From the NCBI RefSeq assembly GCF_006345805.1, contig NW_021836628.1:1-22962 (forward strand): 22,962 bases of DNA, given 5' to 3'. The position numbers were made by a program, and so were the translations under genes. Position 1 is the stretch's first letter. Every line of letters starts with the position of its first letter. Shown here in pieces: positions 10,906-19,886 of the stretch. Below the pieces are notes generated by a model, which saw nothing but the letters and a program-made list of their open reading frames with translations, searched no databases and was not told the origin of the DNA. This DNA is from Octopus sinensis. Its lineage: Eukaryota.

Positions 10906-11208
10906 GTCAATCCCAGTAATTTTGTCTCTTTTTTTTATTTTTGAAAGCCTGGTACTTATTGTATCAATTGCTTTTGCTGAACTGCTAAGTTATGGGGATA
11001 TAATCACACCTACACCCATTGTCAAGCAGTGGCGGTGGCAGTGGGGTACCGACACAGACACACACACGTGCACACATATCAGGCTTCTTTCATTTTCCGT
11101 CTACGAAATCCACACAGAAGGCTTTGGTTGGCCCGATGTGCCATGCAGGGTACTAAACCTGGAACTCGATGAGTGGGAAGCCAATTCCTTACCACACAGC
11201 CCTGCCTG
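10906..11208 (-). mobile_element. SINE family A, decayed, internally deleted
   Basis: Colinear with 12800-13106, with a deletion at about 11136 that removes the CORE-like segment. Confidence 0.85.
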
Positions 11209-11316
11209 TACAATATATACATATTGTAAGTATATGATATATACACACATATGCATATATACACATGTTTGGCAATGCAAACAGAAAAAAAGCGAACTCA
11301 AAACTGATGTATATAT

Positions 11317-11715
11317 GCGCAGGAGTGGCTGTGTGGTAAGTAGCTTACTTACCAACCACATGGTTCTGGGTTCAGTCCCACTGCGTGGCATCTTGGGCAA
11401 GTGTCTTCTACTATAGCCCCGGGCCGACCAATGCCTTGTGAGTGGATTTGGTAGACGGAAACTGAAAGAAGCCTGTCGTATATATGTATATATATATATA
11501 TATGCGTGTCTGTGTTTGTCCCCCTAGCATTGCTTGACAACCGATGCTGGTGTGTTTACCTCCCCGTCACTTAGCGGTTCGGCAAAAGAGACCGATAGAA
11601 TAAGTACTGGGCTTACAAAGAATAAGTCCCGGGGTCGATTTGCTCGACTAAAAAAAAGGCAGTGCTCCAGTATGGCCGCAGTCAAATGACTGAAACAAGT
11701 AAGAGAGTAAGAGAG
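11317..11715 (+). mobile_element. tRNA-derived CORE-like SINE family A, full length, young
   Basis: A box tggctgtgtgg, B box ggttcagtcc, cttgggcaagt core, internal TA/TG tract, 3' stem-loop and (gtaagaga)n tail. gtatatat is repeated at both flanks (11309, 11715). CpGs are retained. Confidence 0.95.
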
Positions 11716-12510
11716 TATATATATAAATGCTATTGTAGAGTGCTAACATACGAAACTCTCAGCCCCTGAGTCACTCTGCTGCTTATGCTAAATATTGATA
11801 AAATATATAATGTATATAATAAGTATATGATATATAAAAGCAACATGATATACATAATATGTCTAAATCTGATTGATCTCTGTAATGGAAAAGCAGTGTT
11901 TTCTAAAGGGGGTGGGGGTGGGGGTCACTGATTTTTTTTTTTGGTTTGTTTTTGTTTTGTTTTGTTTTGTGTGTGTTATTGATTTATTTCTATCCAATTC
12001 TGTGTGAGTCGATCAAATACAGATTAAAGGTTATTAACGATATTGAAGTAAATTGGATGGTGGATTTAAGACAAGGGTCAGGTAAGAACCTGTGAAGATC
12101 AGAGTGCAGTATGAGACTTTGTCAATGGGGAAGAAATAATGATTCGGTATGGCATTGATTCAGATTGACTGTTTGGTATGTCATGGCGCTGACATTCAGT
12201 TCTTCTAAAGAGACTATATACAAAGTCTGATGAAATGGTATCAGGAATGTTGCTATTGTAAGGGAGCTAAAGTTTGCAGAGTGAAGCTGCTTGGCTCACA
12301 ATGACCTTCAACTCTGTCACATGTGCTCACTAAGTTACAATGTTCACGCTCCCTTTTATTGTTTATATCAGTGTTAGAAGTAGAGTGCGTAGAGTGTGGC
12401 CATCTCAAAAAAAAACCGGTTTCATCCATTGAAGATCTTCATGATTGTGTGGAGGAAGACCAAAACTTTTTGAAAATGGTCATACCAGGTGACAAATTGA
12501 TGTTGCATCA

Positions 12511-13205
12511 CAGTGTTTCTCAACTGGGATCCATATAAGATGTTAGGGGGCCCATGCAACAAAATAGCGAATTGGAGATCTACAATAGTATTTTAAAGGA
12601 CCCTGAAAATATTTTTCTTTAGATGCATCAGTATAAATTGTAAGAAACAGCTGGGTTTCTTTCTCTAACATTTTACATAAGTTCAACCTACACAAGTGAA
12701 TATGGGAAAAACAAAATAAGAATTCTGAAAGAAGTTTACTCTTTTACTTGTTTCAGTAATTTTGACTGCGGCCATGCTGGAGCACCGCCTTTAGTCGAGC
12801 AAATCGACCCCGGGACTTATTCTTTGTAAGCCCAGTACTTATTCTATCGGTCTCTTGGCCGAATCGCTAAGTGACGGGGACCTAAACACACCAGCATCGG
12901 TTGTCAAGCAATGCTAGGGGGACAAACACACACATATATATATATATACGACAGGCTTCTTTCAGTTTCCGTCTACCAAATCCACTCACAAGGCATTGGT
13001 CGGCCCGGGGCTATAGCAGAAGACACTTGTCCAAGATGCCACGCAGTGGGACTGAACCCCGAACCATGTGGTTGGTTAGCAAGCTACTTACCACACATCC
13101 ACTCCTAGAAAATTAGTTTTTTAAACATAGAATGGCTATGGGGGTCCACAAGAATGAGATAGTAATCAAAGGGGTCCATAGATACAAAATGGTTGAGAAC
13201 CTTTG
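12511..13205. mobile_element. hAT (Charlie-like) MITE inserted in the mariner relic
   Basis: Termini cagtgtttctcaac and gttgagaacctttg match 11/14 as an inverted pair. Subterminal ggggtcca repeats are present. The TSD is degenerate (tgcatcac vs tccattgc). Confidence 0.8.
12737..13106 (-). mobile_element. SINE family A, full length, young
   Basis: Reverse complement is roughly 95% identical (by eye) to 11321-11715. Confidence 0.95.
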
Positions 13206-13544
13206 TCCATTGCTATGACCCTGCAGCCAGGGATTGAAAGGAACTAAATTTCAAATTGTCAAGGAAATTCAAGAAAATGTGACAAGGCACAAAAGGGGTT
13301 CCAGGAATGCTTCCATCAATGGAAATGATGATGGAAATGTATAAAGTGGGTGGCTTCAGAAGGGGGCAACTTTGAAGGGGATTAAATGTCGAATTGATAT
13401 GGGTTGGACTTGTCTTCTTATAGCACCAGACATGAGGACACTCTCTGTTCAGATCTCATAAAATGTGAAGCAGCTGCATGCAAATAAAAAAAAAAAACAG
13501 CAACAGTATGGGGTGGGGGTGGGGGGGGATTGTCTACAAGTGGT

Positions 13545-13908
13545 GGTGCTTGTTTGCAATCTTCTGCAAAAACATGTCTGGTCTAGGGAGAAACATATTA
13601 CCTTGCTCAGAAGCAAATGAAGGGTCAGCAACGGGAAGTGCATCCAGCTGTAGAAAATCTGATTCTACAGGTTTCATCAATTCCATGGAAATGTGGAAAA
13701 GTAAGAACGATGATGATAATGGTGGTGGTGTTGATGATGATGATGATGATGATGACAGTGGTGGTGATGATAATGATGATGATGCTGCTGATGATGATGG
13801 TGGTGATGATGATGACAACGACTACAATGCTGATGATGATGACAACTACAATGATGATGATGATGACAATGACAATGATGGTGATGATGATGATGATGAT
13901 GATGATGA
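13545..13908 (+). mobile_element. Retroposon family E-related 3' part with expanded (GAT)n tail
   Basis: gggaagtgcatccagctgtagaaa motif (compare the reverse complement of 18640-18670), followed by about 200 bp of GAT/GGT/GAC/AAT triplets at 13709-13908. Confidence 0.75.
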
Positions 13909-13954
13909 AAAAGAGGAGATACAATACAAGCCAACAAAAGCACTTCTAGGCAGT

Positions 13955-14568
13955 CAGTCATTCTGCTAGAAGTAACTGCCAAATGTTCCTCAAATTACAG
14001 CCTGCTAGCTTTACAAACAGGAACTCATTGGCTAAAATAGTCCTAGATACACTCTGTATAAACACGACCCACCCCCATCCCATGGTGTGGTCATAATTGG
14101 AATGCCTTTGATCGTAAGTCAGCACTAGGATGGACCTTGAATAGCTCTAACTGGATATCAAATGTCTCCATAAAATGCAGATATATCTCTCCACCCGACA
14201 CCCACCCTGCCAACATGTCTCCACCCTACCCTGTCCTTCTACCCAGTCTATCATTCCCCACCATCACTCTATCCCACATCACCTGATCCAGAAAACACAG
14301 CAGCCTCCACACAGACGTTCTACTTGCTAGAAATAGCAACCAAATTCCCCTCAAATCACACTCTAATGTTGTCAGAACAAAACAAAAGCAAAAAGAAAAA
14401 ATAGGACACATTGATAAAAGCTGTTTTAGATACATTACCTGAATAAAAGAAAAAAAAAACAAAAAAAGGACAGACAGGATGGTCATGGATGGAATTCGTT
14501 TGATCATAGATCTCTATTCAATCAAAATTCAGAATCGATTTAATGGACAATAACAACAACAGCAACAA
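13955..14568 (+). mobile_element. Two family F copies (about 13955-14145 and 14315-14568), second with (CAA)n tail
   Basis: Both read tgctagaa(g/a)ta(a/g)c..ccaaat..cctcaaat..ca...ggtcat...tggaat....ttgatc.ta. Confidence 0.7.
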
Positions 14569-15145
14569 ATGATGTCACCATCAACACATCCATCCTTTGT
14601 ATGTTTTAGAGATGATTTACACTCGAAATATGCCCATATTGGAAAGCACCCTCCACTCACGCACACACCACTCTCTTGTTTGCTGTGTCATACATGACTT
14701 CTCTCAACTACATTTCTGCCTCCACCCCTTCCCCAGTCTTACTCAGCTTTTACGAACAGCCCTCACATTAAACAAGATCAATATATACAAAGCCGTCTAA
14801 TCTATACCGCCACAAGAAAATAGATTATTCAGTTTTATTCCAAAGCCTGTCCAAGAATGGATTTTTATTTATTTAGTATTTATTTTGCTCTGTCTTTGCT
14901 GGAAACCGTAATGATTGATTATCAGGACAACTTTTCTGTCACTTGAATAAAATGTTGGTTATATATGACGGCCAAATCAACAGGATTAGATCACTTGAAA
15001 AAGAAACACACAAAAACCATTCTAGCTGAGCCACTCACAAAGATTACAATCCTGTTATTACGGAGAGCAATGGAGAGAAAGCATTTTCAAAAAACATTAT
15101 TCTATGTTATTTTATCAGATTTTCATTATTACCATTCCATGGTTA

Positions 15146-15447
15146 GGTGGTGAGCAGCAGGCAGAAGCATTAGGACACTGGGAAAAATGCTTAGCAGCAT
15201 TTCACCCATCTTTACATTCTGAGCTCAAATTCCTGAGGTTGATTCTGCATTGCTTTTGGGGTCAATAAAATAAGTACCAGTTGATCGCTGGGGTTGATGT
15301 AATTGACTCTCTCTCCCCTCTCCTGAATTTTCTGGCTTTGTGCCAAAATATTAAACCAATTTTACTGCACCAGGCAAAATGCTTGGCGGCATTTCATCCG
15401 TCTTTATGTCCTGAGTTCAAATCTTGCCAAGGTTGACTTAGCCTTTT
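15146..15447 (+). mobile_element. SINE family D tandem dimer (full unit plus truncated second head)
   Basis: Unit 1 runs 15146-15360. A second head, caccaggcaaaatgctt...gagttcaaatc...ggttgac, runs 15368-15447. Confidence 0.85.
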
Positions 15448-15494
15448 TATGTTTGTTACCAAATTGTTAGATACGTGTTTATTCTGCGACTGTT

Positions 15495-15984
15495 TAGGCA
15501 GGATTTTTACAGCTGGATGTCCTTCCTAACATCAACCACTCAGCAAAGTGGACTTAGTGCATTTTACATGGTACAAGCACAGATGAGGTCAATTTTGGCA
15601 AGGTTTTTACAGCTGAATGCCCTTCCAAATGCCAAACACTTTACAGTGTGGACTGGATGATTTTTAAGTGGCACCTGCTATTCAAGGTCCATCCTAGTGC
15701 TGACTTACGATCAAAGGCATTCCAATTATGACCACACCATGGGATGGGGTGCGTCGTGTTTATACAGAGTGTATGTAGGACTATTTTAGCCAATGAGTTC
15801 CTTTTTGTAAAGCTAGCAGGTTTTTACAGCTGAATGCCCTTCCAAATGCTAAACACTTTACAGTATGGACTGGATGCTTTTTAAGTGGCACCTGCACTGA
15901 CAGGGTCACCAAGTACCTTGCAGGACAAAAAAAAATCTCTTTTGAGAGAGGAGGGGCATTGGAAGAGTTGATCTTGTGTCAGAG
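15495..15984 (-). mobile_element. Family E body units, interrupted by an inverted templated insertion
   Basis: ttttacagctg(g/a)atg(t/c)ccttcc(t/a)aa occurs three times (about 15505, 15605, 15822). Homologous to 18638-18715. Confidence 0.8.
15677..15820 (-). repeat. Inverted copy of 14001-14145, flanked by a 78-bp direct duplication
   Basis: It differs from the reverse complement of 14001-14145 by 3 substitutions and 1 indel. Flanks 15601-15678 and 15818-15895 differ at 3 positions. Confidence 0.97.
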
Positions 15985-16059
15985 CCAGCACTGAAAGTTA
16001 TGAGATTTTGTATACGAATACACCAATGTAAATAATGCAATCGAAGATAGAAAAGTAAG

Positions 16060-16152
16060 TAATGCGTGTATTTGCACATTTCAGGAGTTATTGCTCCTTC
16101 ATCAGTGCCACATCCAACCCATTACCCATATACGAACACATTGCTTAAATAG
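16060..16152 (-). ncRNA. Degenerate hammerhead-ribozyme-like motif, probable Penelope-like element terminal repeat relic
   Basis: Minus strand reads CTGATGA-aggag-caataa-ctcct-GAAA-tgtg, with a TATA-like tatttaag about 40 nt upstream. Stem I is not recoverable. Confidence 0.5.
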
Positions 16153-16355
16153 CCACAAAGTTTAACAGTGTAACACTACTGGACAGACTAATTTACATAT
16201 TAAACTTGAAATATGCATAGACACCCATTAGCTATATTTCTATCCTTGATCGCATTGTCTACATTAAAATATTCACAAAAATGTCCTAATTTCAGAGCTG
16301 ACCCTGAATTCTATAGAATATCTGTAGAGATAACTTAAAAGTAATTGTATTGCAC

Positions 16356-16393
16356 TGCTAACTCAAAAAGGTAGATACCTTTTTGAGTTAGCA
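16356..16393. repeat. Perfect 18-bp inverted repeat with 2-nt spacer
   Basis: tgctaactcaaaaaggta-ga-tacctttttgagttagca. Confidence 0.97.
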
Positions 16394-16461
16394 CTGACTT
16401 ATAAACCTTTGCGAAAATTAAATGCAGTGTCCCTTCCAAAATATGTACCTAACCATTTGGT

Positions 16462-16683
16462 CAATCTTGGCAGAATTTGAACTCAAGACATAAAAATGGA
16501 CAAAATACCACAAAGCATTTTGCCTGGTGCAGTAATGATTCCACCAGTTTGCTATCTTATGGAGCAGTAAAAATGGTTAAATATTTTGGCACAAAGCCAG
16601 AAAGTTCAAGAAAGGGGACAAGTCAATTACATCGATCCCAGTGATCAGCTGGTACTTTTTTTATTAATCCTGAAAAGATGAAA
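16462..16683 (-). mobile_element. Circularly permuted SINE D unit between 11-bp direct repeats
   Basis: Minus strand reads tail half, spacer, then head half. aaccatttggt lies at 16451-16461 and 16684-16694. Confidence 0.8.
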
Positions 16684-16849
16684 AACCATTTGGTAAAAGA
16701 AAAAAAAAACCCCCAAAATATCAAGTAAATACAAAATCAAAAATGAACTGCAAAAACTATTTTCCAATCAGAAACAATATTTCGTTCATATTTGAGCCAA
16801 ATTAATACAACACAAACATTTTTTATCTTATATGATCTGCGTGTTACCA

Positions 16850-16863
16850 GTTTCCATGGAAAC
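16850..16863. promoter_or_regulatory. Palindromic RFX X-box-like site
   Basis: GTTTCC-AT-GGAAAC, a perfect 14-bp palindrome in non-repetitive sequence. Function is not shown. Confidence 0.35.
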
Positions 16864-17261
16864 CAGGATGTCTAATGAATTCACCAAAGGTAAAAGCTAC
16901 TCTGAAGAACAAAACTATTGAAGGTCTGCATTGATAAAAAGGGTAACAACAGGTTCTACAGAGAATGGCTATGTTAAAGACATTAGGCTTCTATTCTTCC
17001 TAATGGCAAAATAGTTTATTCCGAGAAACCGTTTCCAATGCCGACATTTCTCTGAACCCTACTTTACTTAGAAAACAAAGAATTGGATTAACTTAGTTAG
17101 CATTTGACTTGTTACCATTGATTTTCTTCCCTCCGAGACTCTAAGCTAGAACAATGGTAATCTAATGGAAGAGGTTCCTTGGTCCCAACATAAAACCATT
17201 TCTCTTTCAAAGACATTTTATCAAAACTTCTTCATTTAAAACAGAATCAAACATAAACCAA

Positions 17262-17869
17262 TGTTGTTGCTGTTGTTGTTGTTTGGCACCAAGTCATCTT
17301 TGAAGGAGTAAATCTATTATCAAAGACAATCTAGCAGTGACCATTCAGGTTTTCAAGTATGTACGTATGTGTATGTAAGTATGTGTGTGAGACTGTTTGT
17401 ATATGTATGACAGAGAGTGTGTGTGAGTATGCATGTATGTGTATGTGTGTGAATGTGTATGAGAGAGAGGGATTGTGTGTGTGTGTATGAGAAAGAGAGT
17501 GTGTAAGAGGAGAGTGTGTGTATGTGTATGAGAGAGGATGTGTGTATGTGTATGAGAGAATGTGTGTATGACTCAGAAAGAGTGTGTGTGCATGTGAGGG
17601 AGAGAGAGAGAGAGAGTGTGTGTGTGTGTGTGTATGAGAAAAAGAGTGTGTGAGGAGACTGTGTGAGAAAGTGTGTGTGTGTGACAGAGAAAGAGTGTGT
17701 GTATGTGAGAGAGAGAGTGTGTGTATGAAAAAAGAGAGTGTAAGAGAAGGAGAGGGCGTGAGTGTGTGTGTGTGACAGAGAAAGAGTGTGTGTATGTGAG
17801 AGAGAGAGTGTGTGTATGAAAAAAGAGAGTGTAAGAGAAGGAGAGGGCGTGAGTGTGTGTGTGTGTGAG

Positions 17870-17938
<69 letters not shown>

Positions 17939-18029
17939 GACAGCCAGGGACTCCTCAATGCATCATCCAAGGCAATAAGGGAATGATTTAAAGAAAATCT
18001 GGCTGCTACTTTCAGCTGGTCAAACAACC
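17262..18029 (-). mobile_element. Family F element split by a ~580-bp microsatellite
   Basis: The 3' part with the (TTG)n tail is at 17262-17346 and the 5' part is at about 17945-18029, in the correct order and orientation. Confidence 0.65.
17357..17935. repeat. Compound (GT)n/(GA)n tract with exact 91-bp tandem duplication
   Basis: The unit starting gtgacagagaaagag occurs at 17681 and 17772. Pure (GT)n runs 17873-17936. Confidence 0.95.
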
Positions 18030-18276
18030 AAGTAAATGTTCCTTCATTAACTCACCAGTTAATTAATCACCAGTAATTTCGAATATTTTATGAATGAAAA
18101 TAAATTTTCTCTTCTTTTGTAGAACTTAATTTCAGTCTCCCCACAAATGACGGTATACTCAGCCACGTACACATTCATTTAACAAACAGCTACTTTGGTT
18201 AATCAAACAAGAAAATCTTCGTTACCAGAATCATTAATTAGCCGTTTACTATCATATTTTATCTAACATACATATA

Positions 18277-18465
18277 TTCTTTTATTCTTTTATTTGTTTC
18301 AGTCATTTGACTGCAGCCATGCTGGAGCACCGCCTTTTAGTCAAAGAAATCAGCCACAGGAATTATTCTTTGTAAGCCCAGTACTTATTCTATCAGTCTC
18401 TTTTGACGAACTGCTAAGTTATGGGGGACATAAACACACCAACATTAGTTGTCAAGCAATGATGG
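18277..18465 (-). mobile_element. SINE family A, 3' half
   Basis: Colinear with 12737-12915. Confidence 0.9.
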
Positions 18466-18523
18466 TCTTGGGCGGCACACACCCTAGCTACGCTAGTGAT
18501 TGTGTGTACCTATGATAGGATCT

Positions 18524-18724
18524 CATCATCATCATCATCGTCGTTTAGCGTCCGTTTTCCATGCTAGCATGGGTTCGACGGTTCTACTGGGGTCTGTGAA
18601 GCCAGAAGGCTTCATCAGGCCCAGTCAAATCTGGCAGTGTTTCTACGGCTGGATGCCCTTCCTAACGCCAACCACTCCGTGAGTGTAGTGGGTGCTTTTT
18701 ACGTGCCACCCGCACAGGTGCCAG
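18524..18724 (-). mobile_element. Retroposon family E, young 3' portion with (GAT)n tail
   Basis: CpG-rich. Minus strand reads ggcgttaggaagggcatccagccgtagaaa...ccatgctagcatggaaaacggacgctaaacgacgatgatg. There is an internal hairpin at 18590-18622. Confidence 0.85.
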
Positions 18725-18743
18725 ATGCATAGAATATGCACAT

Positions 18744-19130
18744 GTGCAGGCACGGGTGTGTGATAAAAAGCTTGCTTCCCAACCACATGGTTCTGGGTTC
18801 AGTCTCACTGTGTGGCACACACCAAATTCTGGCAAGTAGATTTGGTAGACAGAAACTGAAAGAAGCCTATTGTATGTATGTGTGTGTGTGTGTGTGTGTT
18901 GTGTGTTGTGTGTGCGTGTGTGTGTGTGTTTGATTACATTTACCTCTCATCACTGCTTGACAACCAGTGTTGGTATGTTTACACCCCCATAACTTAGTTG
19001 TTCAGCAAAACAGACTGATAGATTAAGAACCTGGCTTATAAAAAAAGACTAAATACTGGGGCCAATTCTTTAAACTGGTGCCCCAGTATGGCCACAGTCT
19101 AATGACTGAAACAAGTAAAAGTTAAAAGAT
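18744..19130 (+). mobile_element. SINE family A, near full length, decayed
   Basis: Head, internal (TG)n and tail cagtctaatgactgaaacaagtaaaag. The CORE-like segment is deleted. Confidence 0.9.
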
Positions 19131-19284
19131 ACACAAATGTGTGTGTGAGTCTCTATAATAATGATATAAACACACACACATTCGCGTGCACGCACACACA
19201 CACACACGCACACGCATATATCGTCAGTAAATCATAAATCCTCCAAGTTACAGAGCAGTGGAGCATTTAGAGAAAGGTAGGTAA

Positions 19285-19517
19285 GGCCGGTTCATAGGGT
19301 CACCCCAGGCTTTTGCATCCATAAAGCGCTTGGCAGAGCTTAAAGGCCAGTAGCTTATAACCTCTCTTCGAAGTGGCAGGAGAAAAGGCCTCATGGCTAG
19401 TTTTTGGACACACAAAGAAGAGAGGTTATAGGCCACTGGCCTTTAGGGTCTGACGCGATGTATGTAAAGCCAAGTGCATTATGCACCTGAAACCCTGGGT
19501 AACCCCATGAACCGGCC
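19285..19517. mobile_element. Foldback MITE-like element with long imperfect inverted arms
   Basis: Arms at 19285-19369 and 19417-19517, with termini ggccggttcat...atgaaccggcc. No clear TSD. Confidence 0.8.
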
Positions 19518-19538
19518 ATAACTGTCTTCATCAAACTG

Positions 19539-19886
19539 TTATTCTTTTACTTGTTTCAGTCATTCGACTGCAGCCATGCTGGAGCACCACCTTTAGTTGA
19601 ACAAATCTACCCCAGGACTTATTCTTTGTAAGCCTAGTACTTATTCTATCGGTCGCTTTTGCCAGTCGTAAACAAACCAACATCAGTTGTCAAGCAATGG
19701 CAGGACACACAGACACACACAGAGGACAATCTCCTTTCAGTTTCTGTCTACCAAATCCCCTCACAAGACTTTGGTTGGCCCGAGGCTATAGTTGAAGACA
19801 GTTGCCTAAGGTGCCACGGAGTGGGACTGAACCTGGAATCAGGAGGTTGGGAAGCAAGCTTCTTACTACACAGCCACTCCTGCGCC
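19539..19886 (-). mobile_element. SINE family A, near full length
   Basis: Colinear with 12737-13106 and ends cagccactcctgcgcc. Confidence 0.92.

Larger units (their letters stand above)
12221..13458 (+). mobile_element. Internally deleted mariner transposon relic (host of nested insertions)
   Basis: EEDQNFLKMVIPGDK...H|YDP (compare FLxxIVTGDExWVxxYDP) spans the insert. 13234-13385 gives LKGTKFQIVKEIQENVTR..FQECFHQWK**W..ASEGGNFEGD*. Degenerate TIRs are bounded by TA at 12219-12220 and 13459-13460. Confidence 0.85.

Noticed and set aside
11321-11395. tRNA gene (also 2345-2420 and 10380-10452)
   Set aside because: A and B boxes are present, but there is no cloverleaf and the sequence continues into multi-copy SINE bodies.
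12023-12086. Possible 59-nt exon ending at cag|gtaag
   Set aside because: The acceptor is weak, the peptide is unrecognisable and there are no partner exons. It cannot be supported without RNA data.
10922-13116. Similar peptides MSSNARGTNT... and ...RCHAVGLNPEPCGW in several ORFs
   Set aside because: The similarity comes from antisense SINE A copies, not a gene family.
13478-13969. 163-aa Asp-rich ORF, plus overlapping poly-M, poly-H and poly-S ORFs
   Set aside because: All frames are open only because of a (GAT)n retroposon tail, and the N-terminus lies in repeat sequence.
18590-18622. Second hammerhead candidate (minus-strand CTGATGA plus hairpin)
   Set aside because: There is no GAAA after the stem. 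It is a simple hairpin inside family E.
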